Below are positions 21,846-31,258 of a stretch of 64,000 nucleotides of DNA, one piece after another. Source of the DNA: Pseudomonadota bacterium (GTDB taxonomy: Bacteria > Desulfobacterota > Desulfobulbia > Desulfobulbales > JAGXFP01); contig JAHJAA010000060.1 in the NCBI GenBank assembly GCA_018814305.1, positions 25,233-89,232 of the forward strand. The letters are read 5' to 3'. Below the pieces are notes generated by a model that had not been told where the DNA came from, did no database searches, and saw only the letters and a list, made by a program, of their open reading frames with translations. The position numbers were made by a program, and so were the translations under genes. Positions within the stretch are counted from its first letter, which is position 1. Every line of letters begins with the position of its first letter.

Positions 21846-21884
21846 AGAGAAGCCAGGGGAATTCCCCCTGGCTTCTCTTCTTTT
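21846..21884 (+). terminator. Intrinsic terminator after tkt
   Basis: AGAGAAGCCAGGGG-AATTC-CCCCTGGCTTCTCT-TCTTTT. Confidence 0.8.
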
Positions 21885-21891
21885 AACTCCC

Positions 21892-22827
21892 ATGATCAAG
21901 ATCGGCACCCTCCAGCTCACCAACCCGATGATCCTGGCCCCGTTGGCCGGATACACCGATCTCCCCTTTCGCCTGCTTTGCCGGGAATTCGGGGCGTCTC
22001 TCTGTTATTCCGAGATGATCAGCTGCCATGGTCTCGTTTACCACCAGAAAAACACCATCGATATGATTCGCTCCATCCCTGAAGAGCGTCCGGTGGCCAT
22101 GCAACTATTTGGCGGCGAGGCAGACGTCATGGGTGCTGCGGCCGCTATTCTCTCTGATTATCCAATTGATATTATTGATATAAACATGGGATGCCCGGTA
22201 AAAAAGGTGGTCAAAAAAGGGGGCGGGGCTGCCCTGATGAAAAATCCGCAACTTGCCGAACGGATTATCCGAAAAGTCTGTGCCAACACCAATCTCCCGG
22301 TGACAGTCAAAACCAGAACCGGCTGGACCCACCAGGAGATCAATGTGACGGAATTTGTCCAGATGGCAGAACAGGCTGGGGCTGCGGCAGTGACGGTCCA
22401 CGGCCGAACCTGGTCCGATGGTTTTGGCGGATCGGCGGATCAGGAGCTGATCACCGCAGCCAAACGCGCCGTAACTATCCCGATCATCGGTAATGGTGAT
22501 ATCCTGTCCTATGACGATGGGATCAGAATGATGGGAAATACCGGCTGCGATGCGGTCATGATCGGCCGAGGAGCCTTGGGTAATCCCTGGGTCTTTGACA
22601 AACAAGGACGCCCGACCGACCTTTCGGACATAGCCTCCGGACTTACCCGCCACCTGGAATTAATCGCCCGTTATTGTGACCCTGAACCCATGCTGGCCCG
22701 GATCAAAAACCATGGAGGCCGGTATTTTAAAGGTCTACCCGGAAGTTCGACGATCCGGCAATCGATTTATGCCGCTCGCTCTTTCCAGGAACTACAGAAG
22801 ATCTCTTCGTCATTGACCAAACGATGA
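21892..22827 (+). CDS. dusB: tRNA-dihydrouridine synthase B
   Basis: LAPLAGYTD, DINMGCPV, VHGRT, GNGDI and MIGRGALGNPW. Confidence 0.93.
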   Translation: MIKIGTLQLTNPMILAPLAGYTDLPFRLLCREFGASLCYSEMISCHGLVYHQKNTIDMIRSIPEERPVAMQLFGGEADVMGAAAAILSDYPIDIIDINMGCPVKKVVKKGGGAALMKNPQLAERIIRKVCANTNLPVTVKTRTGWTHQEINVTEFVQMAEQAGAAAVTVHGRTWSDGFGGSADQELITAAKRAVTIPIIGNGDILSYDDGIRMMGNTGCDAVMIGRGALGNPWVFDKQGRPTDLSDIASGLTRHLELIARYCDPEPMLARIKNHGGRYFKGLPGSSTIRQSIYAARSFQELQKISSSLTKR

Positions 22828-22949
22828 AACGGGGTGAGCTACCAATCCTCCGACCGCACCGTTCTTCAATCAACCCTTGGCATTTCGCCCTATTTTCCTA
22901 TATAATGAATATGATCAAACCTTAAGACTCTTCACCCGAAGGTACTGCC

Positions 22950-25900
22950 ATGACCCTGGAGACCGTTCGCCAACTGCCGTTCCGCCGAGCTGCGTTCCCT
23001 CTTTTGGTCTTCGCTCTCTGCTGGCTCACTCAAGGCCTCGTGGCCTCCCCAGCCGGAGCCGCTACCTACGCATACGATGACACTATCGTCGATACCCCCT
23101 TCGATCCAACCACAACCAACGTGATCTGGGACCAGACCTGTACCGACTTCAACCGGGATGACGACAAGACCCTGGTCACTATCGGCTTCACCTTCAACTT
23201 CGCCGGAATCGATTACACCCAGGTCCGGATCATGTCCAACGGAGCGCTCCATTTCGGGGCCGACCAGAACTTCCAGACCGACTATACCAATGAAGCTTTG
23301 CCAATCACCACCACGGTCAACGGGCCCTGTGCCGAATCACCCGCCGACCGGGTGATCGCCCCATACTGGGATGACCTGCAACCTGGTTCCGGCGGCACAG
23401 TCCGTTACGACACCCTTGGTTCCGCTCCAAACCGTCGCTTCGCCGTCAGCTGGACGGGCGTTCCACTTTACCCCAACACCGGCAGTTATACCTTCCAGGT
23501 GGTCCTTTACGAGGGTAGTAATAATATCCTGTTCCGCTACGGCGGCGGCAACACCAATGGTTCCGGCACCACCATCGGGGTCGAAGTCAATGACACCGAT
23601 TTCACCCAATATTCCTATAACACCTCCTCGGTCACCAACGGCGACACTATCCTCTTCTATCCCACCAAGCATTTCGCCATCAGCCACGACGGGGCCGGCG
23701 ACATCTGCCAGACTGAAAACGTTACCATTACCTACCATAACCCGGACCACTCCAGATACATGACCTATACCGGTACCATTACCCTGTCGACCTCCACCGG
23801 CAACGGCACCTGGTCCCTGGGCAGTGGGGCCCTGGGACTTTTAACCAACCTCGGTGGCGGTTCTGCCACCTACACCTTTGCCGCCGGAGAGAATGGTCTG
23901 GTCAACCTTGGCTTCAGCGATCCAACTCCCGAAACCGTCAATATCAATCTCACCGATGGCACCTCCACGGAAGATCCGGGTGAAGACGCAAATCTAGTGT
24001 TCACCGGTGCCGCCAACACCATTAGGGACGATTTCAATGTGACCTCGTTTGCCAATAACGACGGCACGCTCACCTGGGCCACCGACTGGATTGAGGTGGA
24101 CGGTAACGGCATGGGACCTGGAACCGGTAACGTGCTGATCACCGGGGGCGATCTCTCCCTTGACGACCAGCCCAACACCAACGGCGAACCCAGTCTTGAG
24201 CGGGAGGCCGATCTGTCGACGGCATCCTCCGCAATATTGTCTTTTGATTACCAAACCACCAGCGGGGTAGACAACAGTGACTCTATTATTCTCGAGGTCT
24301 CGGCCAATGGCGGTGTGAGCTGGACTACTCTGGAAGACTTCACCGGCATTAACGGCGCCACCAGCGGCTCAAGAAGCTACGACCTTACCACTTTCCTCTC
24401 GGCAAATACCCGGATCCGGTTCAGAGTCGCCAATGCATACGGCGGTGGCAACGAAAATTTCCTGGTCAATTTCGTCCAGATCGCCACACCCCAGCCCTGT
24501 GCCCACTTTGCGATCAACCATGACGGGGCCGGGGATTCCTGCGCCCCTGAAAACGTCACCTTCGAGGTCCATAACGGCTCCCATGTGTTGAATTCTTCGT
24601 ACAGTGGTTCAGCCTCGATCACGACCACCACGGCCCACGGAGACTGGTCAGTGGTGGTCGGCAATATTTCGAACCTGACCAATTTCGGCAACGGCATGGC
24701 TATCTATACCTTTGACGGCACCGAAGGCGGCACCATCACCCTGGGTCTTGCCAACACTTTCACTGAAACCTTGAACATCGATATCTCCGATGGCTCCCTT
24801 GCCGAATCGTCGACGGAAGATGCCGATCTGATCTTCGCGGGTGTCAACAATCCGGATACCTACCGAGATGAATTTAATGCCCAGTTATACAGCAACAATG
24901 ACGGCTCATTGAACTGGTCCACCGACTGGCTGGAGATCAATGACGATGGCGACCCCACCGGCAGTGACGAGCGAATCTTGACCGATCTGGGCGCCGACTT
25001 CAGTCTGCGAGTTCGTGATAACAATAACGGCGGCGAGGGGGTTGAACGTGAGGCTGATCTTTCCACCTTTACCGCCGCCACCCTGACCTTTGACTATCGA
25101 CGCAACTCATTGGATGATGCCAATGACTATGTTGCCGTCTGGGCCTCCGGCGATGGCGGGACCAGTTGGACCGAGCTGCCCGGCAGTCGTCTGGCCGGGC
25201 CGACCAACGACGCCGCTTACCAGTCGGCCAGTTTTGATCTCACCCCCTATATCGCCGTTAATACCCGAATCCGCTTCCTCTCTTCAGCCGACTTGGGTAA
25301 TAACGACCAGGTCTATTTCGATAATATTGAAATATCCGACCCCACCCTGCTGGTCTGTGCCGGCGCCGACCATTACGCGATCAGCCACGACGGGACAGCA
25401 ATCAACTGCCAGGCAGAACCTATTACCATCCGGGCCCATGACGCCACCCATATCGCAATCCCAGGCTTTACCGGTACCATCGACCTTACTACCGATAGCG
25501 GCAATGGAGACTGGACGGTGATTACCGGGGTGATGGCCAATCTCACCAACAACGGCAACGGCAGCGCCAGCTATATCTTTGACGGCTCCGAAAATGGCCT
25601 GATCGTCCTTGGCCTCAAGGATACCTTTGTCGAATCGGTTAATATCGATATCACCGATGGTACGGCCACGGAGCAAAGCGGCACGGCCCTAGTCACCGAG
25701 GATCAGGATCTAGTCTTTGCCGCCGCCGGTTTCAACTTCCTGGTCGATGGCCTGCCCAATCCCATTACCACCCAGATCGGCGGCAAACCATCCAATACCG
25801 CTCCCGGCAGCCACACCCTGGAACTTCAGGCCATCCGGACCAGCGACCAGACCGGGGCCTGTGAGGCGGCTCTGGTGGGCAACAACACCATTGAACTGGC

Positions 25901-27515
25901 CTTTGAATGTATCGATCCAACCACCTGCACGACCAGCCAGGTCCTGATCAACGCCACCGCCATCGCCGGCAACCCGGACAGTGCGGTCGCAGCCTACACC
26001 GGGGTCAGCCTGGACTTCGGCGACGACACCGATACCACCGCCACCTTCACCATGAGCTACCCCGACTCAGGCCGCCTGCGGCTCCACGCCCGCTACGACA
26101 TCCCCCTTGGTGACGGCTCCCCCTCAACCAATTTGATGGTCGGCAACTCCAACGATTTCGTGGTTCGCCCCTTCGGTATTGATCTCGTCGCCACAGGTAA
26201 TCCAGGAGCAACGTTACCCACCGGGCTTTGGTATACTACGGCAGGATCCCCTTTTACAGTGACAGCCAGGGCGGTGCTCTGGCAGGCAGATGACGACACC
26301 AACACCAACGGCCTACCCGACAACCACGCCGACCTCGATCCAACCAACAATGCCAATCTCGCTGACAATTCAGTCGCTCTAAATTTCGGCCGGGAGATAG
26401 CCCCTGAAGATGTGTCACTCAGTTCGTTACTCTATCTTCCGGTTGGCGGCAGTGACCCGGGACTCCTGGGCAGTATTACCTTGTCCGGCTTCATCAATGG
26501 GACCAGCAGCAACGCGGTGAGGTTTGACGAGGTCGGTATCATTGAGATCACCGCTGCCCTCTCGGACGGATCCTTCCTGGGCGACGCCAATGTTCGCGGC
26601 AAGTCGGGCCCGGTGGGCCGCTTTTCACCGGCAACATTCAATGTGACCGTTGTACCAGACCCGCCAACCTTGTTCGACAGCTGTCCCGGGGGCAGCTTCA
26701 CCTACCTGGGTGAATCCTTTCCCTATACCATTGATCCGATCCTGACCATCACTGCCCAAAACACCGCTGGCGCCACCACCTTGAACTACGATTGCGGTGG
26801 TTTCTGGATGCTCCCCACCCCTTATGTTTTAAATTACTCCTATGCCGATTCTTCTGGAGGTGGGACCATCCTGGCCCCGCTGGTTGCCACCAAGAATCCC
26901 TCCGCTGGCGATTCCACCAACTGCGACGGTCTGCTTTCGTTGACCATTAACGATACCTTCACCTATACCAGGCCGTCCATCATCAGCCCACTGCCGCCTT
27001 TTGCCTCCGCCATTGACTTCACCGCCGATCTCCTCCAGTTCACCGACAGCGATGGAATCTGCTATGATGCCGGCACCGGCTGCCAAGCCTTGACCCGATC
27101 CAATATTAGTGGTGCGACCCTTCGGCATGGCCGTTTAAAAGTGTTCAACAATTACGGCCCGGAAACTGCTGACATTATCAACTCCCCCTTTGCCACCCAA
27201 TACTATGACGGAACGTCCTGGATGAGCAGCAGTACCGATGTCTGCACCACCAGTATGAGCTTCTGCCCGGCGGCCAGAATCGGGGCCGGGACTGTTCTTC
27301 CCGATCCCCTGGTCAACGGGGCCGGAACCTTCACCGTGACCACGACCGGGGTATACGGGGAACAATTGGACGTCTGCCCTCTGGCTCCAGCCTGGCTCAC
27401 CGAACTTGTCGACTGTGTCACCCCGCCGGCCCCGGACGACACCTGCGGCCTCTTCTCCTTTGGCATATACCGAGGCAACGACCGGATCATCAACTGGAAG
27501 GAGATCATCCGCTAA
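22950..27515 (+). CDS. MshQ/DUF6701-like giant pilus-associated adhesin (1521 aa)
   Basis: Signal peptide, internal repeats, SNDFVVRPF, FDEVGII and the C-terminal FGIYRGNDRIINWKE signature; directly upstream of the minor pilins. Confidence 0.82.
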   Translation: MTLETVRQLPFRRAAFPLLVFALCWLTQGLVASPAGAATYAYDDTIVDTPFDPTTTNVIWDQTCTDFNRDDDKTLVTIGFTFNFAGIDYTQVRIMSNGALHFGADQNFQTDYTNEALPITTTVNGPCAESPADRVIAPYWDDLQPGSGGTVRYDTLGSAPNRRFAVSWTGVPLYPNTGSYTFQVVLYEGSNNILFRYGGGNTNGSGTTIGVEVNDTDFTQYSYNTSSVTNGDTILFYPTKHFAISHDGAGDICQTENVTITYHNPDHSRYMTYTGTITLSTSTGNGTWSLGSGALGLLTNLGGGSATYTFAAGENGLVNLGFSDPTPETVNINLTDGTSTEDPGEDANLVFTGAANTIRDDFNVTSFANNDGTLTWATDWIEVDGNGMGPGTGNVLITGGDLSLDDQPNTNGEPSLEREADLSTASSAILSFDYQTTSGVDNSDSIILEVSANGGVSWTTLEDFTGINGATSGSRSYDLTTFLSANTRIRFRVANAYGGGNENFLVNFVQIATPQPCAHFAINHDGAGDSCAPENVTFEVHNGSHVLNSSYSGSASITTTTAHGDWSVVVGNISNLTNFGNGMAIYTFDGTEGGTITLGLANTFTETLNIDISDGSLAESSTEDADLIFAGVNNPDTYRDEFNAQLYSNNDGSLNWSTDWLEINDDGDPTGSDERILTDLGADFSLRVRDNNNGGEGVEREADLSTFTAATLTFDYRRNSLDDANDYVAVWASGDGGTSWTELPGSRLAGPTNDAAYQSASFDLTPYIAVNTRIRFLSSADLGNNDQVYFDNIEISDPTLLVCAGADHYAISHDGTAINCQAEPITIRAHDATHIAIPGFTGTIDLTTDSGNGDWTVITGVMANLTNNGNGSASYIFDGSENGLIVLGLKDTFVESVNIDITDGTATEQSGTALVTEDQDLVFAAAGFNFLVDGLPNPITTQIGGKPSNTAPGSHTLELQAIRTSDQTGACEAALVGNNTIELAFECIDPTTCTTSQVLINATAIAGNPDSAVAAYTGVSLDFGDDTDTTATFTMSYPDSGRLRLHARYDIPLGDGSPSTNLMVGNSNDFVVRPFGIDLVATGNPGATLPTGLWYTTAGSPFTVTARAVLWQADDDTNTNGLPDNHADLDPTNNANLADNSVALNFGREIAPEDVSLSSLLYLPVGGSDPGLLGSITLSGFINGTSSNAVRFDEVGIIEITAALSDGSFLGDANVRGKSGPVGRFSPATFNVTVVPDPPTLFDSCPGGSFTYLGESFPYTIDPILTITAQNTAGATTLNYDCGGFWMLPTPYVLNYSYADSSGGGTILAPLVATKNPSAGDSTNCDGLLSLTINDTFTYTRPSIISPLPPFASAIDFTADLLQFTDSDGICYDAGTGCQALTRSNISGATLRHGRLKVFNNYGPETADIINSPFATQYYDGTSWMSSSTDVCTTSMSFCPAARIGAGTVLPDPLVNGAGTFTVTTTGVYGEQLDVCPLAPAWLTELVDCVTPPAPDDTCGLFSFGIYRGNDRIINWKEIIR

Positions 27516-27517
27516 CC

Positions 27518-27970
27518 ATGGATCGCCATCATCCAACCCCATCCGGCTTCACCCTGATCGAACTGGTCATCGTCATCGTCCTTTTGGGATCATTGGCCGT
27601 GACCGTGGCGGTGAAATGGCCCTCGGGCATGGAAGAACAGGCTGCAACCAGCGATGTGATCAGGGCTATCCGCTTTGCCCAGCACCAGGGCATGACCCGT
27701 CAATATACCGCCTCAGGATCGGCCTGGGGATTCGCAGCAGACGGGGTCCTCCATCGCTACACGGTGAAACGGGCCGATGATTCGGAGTTTGCCGACCCCG
27801 ACTATGTCAACCACAGCCTTCCCGGTAAAACCAGTCTTTCAGCAGGTACGATCTGGTTCAACGGGCTGGGAGAACCCATCGACACCTCCGGAACACCGCT
27901 GGGGATGACCACCTTCACGGTCGGCGGAACCACCATAACCATCCATCCGGAGACCGGTTATGTGGAATAG
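27518..27970 (+). CDS. Minor prepilin (MshC-like)
   Basis: G|FTLIEL cleavage motif, AIRFAQ, IWFNGLGEP and IHPETGYV. Confidence 0.85.
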   Translation: MDRHHPTPSGFTLIELVIVIVLLGSLAVTVAVKWPSGMEEQAATSDVIRAIRFAQHQGMTRQYTASGSAWGFAADGVLHRYTVKRADDSEFADPDYVNHSLPGKTSLSAGTIWFNGLGEPIDTSGTPLGMTTFTVGGTTITIHPETGYVE

Positions 27971-28538
27971 CTTACGAGAATCATCCGCCCAGAGGGGATT
28001 TACCCTGCTGGAACTTATCATCACCATGATCATTTTGGGTTTTGCCTCACTGATCATGATCCCCTTTATCACCGCCATCGGTCATAGTCCAGATCCGGTC
28101 ATCCGACAACGGGCTGTGGCCCTGGGCCAGGCCATGATGGATGAGATTACCAGCAAAAAATGGGATGAGAACACCCCCCTGGGGGGCGGTCCCATCGGCC
28201 CCACCACCGAAAGCGCTAGAGGGACGGTAATTGCTCCAAGCCTCATTGGCCCGGACGGAGCCGAAACCAGGGCCACCTTCGATGACGTGGATGACTATGA
28301 TGGGCTTACCGCCACCGATATCTTTCAAAATCAGGATGGGGTCACCTTCACCTTAAACGGTTACAACCGGACGGTAATTGTCAGCTATATCGCCAGTAAC
28401 GCCAATCCCATCTCAGCTTTGTCACCAGTGGGGACGACCACTGCAGCAACTGCAACCGACACCAAACGCATTGTAGTCCGGGTAACCACCTTGACCCAAG
28501 AGACCCTGGAATTTATCGCCCTATCGTGCAATTACTGA
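27960..28538 (+). CDS. Minor prepilin (MshD-like)
   Basis: G|FTLLEL; AVALGQAMMDEI...WDE; RATFDDVDDYDG; ends in CNY. Confidence 0.85.
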   Translation: MWNSLRESSAQRGFTLLELIITMIILGFASLIMIPFITAIGHSPDPVIRQRAVALGQAMMDEITSKKWDENTPLGGGPIGPTTESARGTVIAPSLIGPDGAETRATFDDVDDYDGLTATDIFQNQDGVTFTLNGYNRTVIVSYIASNANPISALSPVGTTTAATATDTKRIVVRVTTLTQETLEFIALSCNY

Positions 28539-28539
28539 T

Positions 28540-29346
28540 ATGAAACAAACCACTCCATTAAATAGTGGCTTCACCCTCATCGAACTGATCGTGGTCATGG
28601 TCATACTGGGTCTGGTGGGGGTGATGGGCGCCGACTTCATCGCCACAGGCTTCAAGGGCTTTGCCGCCACCGACGATCGGATCGAACTCTATGAAGAAGG
28701 CAAAACCACCCTGGTTCGGCTGGAAAGAGAGATCCATGGCGCTGTGCCCAACGCGGTCACCCTGGTCAGCCCCACTGAACTGCGGATCGGTATGATCGAC
28801 GAGGTTGCCATGGTCCCGGTCTTCGGCAGTTATCTTGAATCCCCCCCCACCACAACCCTGACCGATGCCTTTGTTCCTCCCCCGGTATCGTCCGCAACCG
28901 CCTTTCTCCCGGTTAATACGATCATCTCAGTCTATAACCGGAACTGGACCGACTTCACCACCATGACCATGGCCCAGAGGCGGCTCTATACCGTTACCGG
29001 CCTTGCCGCAGGAACCATGACCATTTCCAAGAACATGCCGCCCCCCCGTTCCTCACCTCGAAAACGCTATTACGCCGTGGACCGCGCCATTCGCTATACC
29101 CTTTCTGGTACCGATCTCTTGCGTTCCCAGTTCAAAATCGCCAATGAAGCAGACGACATCAATACCCAACTGACCGCGGCAACCCAATATCCCCTGACCC
29201 GGAATATCGTCCCCGGGACGTTTCAATTCAACTACGCCCCGGCCGCTTTGAGCCGCAATGGGATGGTTACGGTGAATTTCACCCTGACCCGTTCGACTGA
29301 GCAGATCGATTTTCATAAGGAGATCCATATCAAAAATGTCCCCTAA
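28540..29346 (+). CDS. Minor prepilin (MshO-like)
   Basis: G|FTLIEL; RLEREIHGAVPNAV; ends in EIHIKNVP. Confidence 0.85.
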   Translation: MKQTTPLNSGFTLIELIVVMVILGLVGVMGADFIATGFKGFAATDDRIELYEEGKTTLVRLEREIHGAVPNAVTLVSPTELRIGMIDEVAMVPVFGSYLESPPTTTLTDAFVPPPVSSATAFLPVNTIISVYNRNWTDFTTMTMAQRRLYTVTGLAAGTMTISKNMPPPRSSPRKRYYAVDRAIRYTLSGTDLLRSQFKIANEADDINTQLTAATQYPLTRNIVPGTFQFNYAPAALSRNGMVTVNFTLTRSTEQIDFHKEIHIKNVP

Positions 29347-29740
29347 ACCACTTAAAATCAGTCAAACCGATAATCAGCAGGGTTTCGGCCTGATTGCGGC
29401 TTTATTCATGATCGTTATCCTGGCCATGTTCGGCAGTCTGGCTGCTCGGTATCTCGCCACCACTACGATTACCTCCACCGATGATTATCTCTGGGCCAAA
29501 TCGCTCTATGCCGCCGAGTCCGCCGCCAACCGAAGGATCCTCTACCATGACGGCGGAGGAACCGGTGGTTTTGTAACCCCGGTGGTTAACAACATGACCA
29601 CCGTCATCTCCATCGACAACTTTCAACCGCCGGGCAGCCCTTCTTCATTGGAAGTGAGCGGTTTTTTCGATACCAACGGCAACGCCACTCCCGACTCCGG
29701 TGAGGTTGTCCGAACCATTACAATCAAATACATGTTGTAA
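29336..29740 (+). CDS. Minor prepilin lacking Glu5 (MshP/PilX-like)
   Basis: QQG|FGLIAALFMIVIL; SLYAAESA. Confidence 0.8.
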   Translation: MSPKPLKISQTDNQQGFGLIAALFMIVILAMFGSLAARYLATTTITSTDDYLWAKSLYAAESAANRRILYHDGGGTGGFVTPVVNNMTTVISIDNFQPPGSPSSLEVSGFFDTNGNATPDSGEVVRTITIKYML

Positions 29741-29940
29741 AAATGACCGAACCAGCCAAAGAATCAATACTACTATTTGTATTATCCATCCGAATCCTGC
29801 TAAAGTATTTTAATAACAGTAATTTAACAGGGTGGATCGAACCTTTATCCACCAGGAGCGGATCTTCCTCTCAATCGACAAAACACACATGATTTCGACA
29901 TATTAAACCGACTATCACTCCGCAACCAAAGGGGCACCAC

Positions 29941-30540
29941 ATGTCCGGAAAAACGACCGAACACGGCTTTACCCTGTTAGAGCTGCTCATTGTCATAATT
30001 ATCCTGGGAATATTTGCAGCCACTGCCGTCCCCTATTACCTGAATATGGTCCAGGAGGCTAAGATCGCCGCCGCCAAGGGCCGAATGGCCGCCATCCGGG
30101 GAGGAATTGAACTGGCCCATGCCAAGATCATGGTCTCCGGGGTGAATACCGGACCCGACGGCAACAATCCCGACTGGCCCACTTTGGAAGAGGTTCAACA
30201 CAATGAACTCCGCCTTGCAACCAGGCCGGAACCGATACAACATCTCCAGTTGGTCAGAAGCGAAATCTTTAGCAACGAGCAAAATCAAGCGCTGCCCCAA
30301 TGTAACCTGCCGGACTTGACTCCTGGAATGATGCAGAATCCCAGGGGGGTCAGTTACCGGACCCTGGAGGATATCAGGTCTAATCCCAGAAGAGCCAATG
30401 AGGCCTCCTGTTGGGCATATTATCCCGGCAATGAACGAGATCAATATGGAAGAGTTGTAGATGCAATATTCTACATCAACGATGACCGCCTCCTTACCGA
30501 CAATATTGATGCGGCTGGTGGCAGACCATCGTCCTGGTAA
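29941..30540 (+). CDS. Type IV prepilin (MshA/MshB-like)
   Basis: G|FTLLELLIVIIILGIFAATAVPYY; one Cys pair. Confidence 0.85.
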   Translation: MSGKTTEHGFTLLELLIVIIILGIFAATAVPYYLNMVQEAKIAAAKGRMAAIRGGIELAHAKIMVSGVNTGPDGNNPDWPTLEEVQHNELRLATRPEPIQHLQLVRSEIFSNEQNQALPQCNLPDLTPGMMQNPRGVSYRTLEDIRSNPRRANEASCWAYYPGNERDQYGRVVDAIFYINDDRLLTDNIDAAGGRPSSW

Positions 30541-30588
30541 AACAAACTCAAATGTCTCAGGCCTCCCTCCGGAGACCAAAGGGGAACC

Positions 30589-31212
30589 GTGAGTAATCTT
30601 TTTGATACTCTGGAACAGATTCGACGCAACGAAACCGTGGGAACCCCGGGAAATGGGATCCCGGGCAATAGCCACGACAGGCCTGCGCCCGGTCATCGCC
30701 GAATCCTGATCCTGACGGTCCTTGCGGTGGTGATGGTTCTGTTCTATTTCTGGTTTCACAAGACCAATCCCCGACGGATCAATCCGCAAATAATTTCCTC
30801 ACCGACCCTGAGCAATCCAAGTGCCACCTCCGACCTGGAAGGTAAAATTACCCCCCCCCCTGCCGGGCCATCAATTCTTCAACCACCACCATCTCCCCCC
30901 CCCCCAACCATGGACGGGTTTGACGGCAAGACTCCGGTCGCGGCAAATAATCAAGCGGTGGAGATGATTGAAGAGGGGAATCCCTGGGCTGGCATTTATC
31001 TCCTGGCGAAGATCATTGACCGATATCCCGAGCAGGTCGAACCCATGATTAATCTGGGACTTGCCTTGGCCGAGCAGGGGCTGACCATCCCTGCCGGACG
31101 GTATCTGCAAATGGCTAAAAACCTTGCCCCCCATCATCCCGCCTTTATAAAAAACCAGGTAAGACTACAGGAGATGATAAACCCAGAGGATATGACCAGA
31201 GGTAAAAATTGA
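30589..31212 (+). CDS. MshN-like membrane-anchored TPR protein
   Basis: MSNLFDTLEQI N-terminus, TM helix, Pro-rich linker and TPR-like C-terminus (MINLGLALAEQG). Confidence 0.6.
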   Translation: MSNLFDTLEQIRRNETVGTPGNGIPGNSHDRPAPGHRRILILTVLAVVMVLFYFWFHKTNPRRINPQIISSPTLSNPSATSDLEGKITPPPAGPSILQPPPSPPPPTMDGFDGKTPVAANNQAVEMIEEGNPWAGIYLLAKIIDRYPEQVEPMINLGLALAEQGLTIPAGRYLQMAKNLAPHHPAFIKNQVRLQEMINPEDMTRGKN

Positions 31213-31258
31213 AAAATAAACTCCTCAAGATATCCCGTTCCCCAGGAGTAACAAGTTA

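Noticed and set aside
23670-25720. Repeats as a CRISPR array or DGR template/variable repeats
   Set aside because: They are diverged in-frame protein domain repeats with no spacers, no adenine-specific mismatch pattern and no reverse transcriptase or cas genes.
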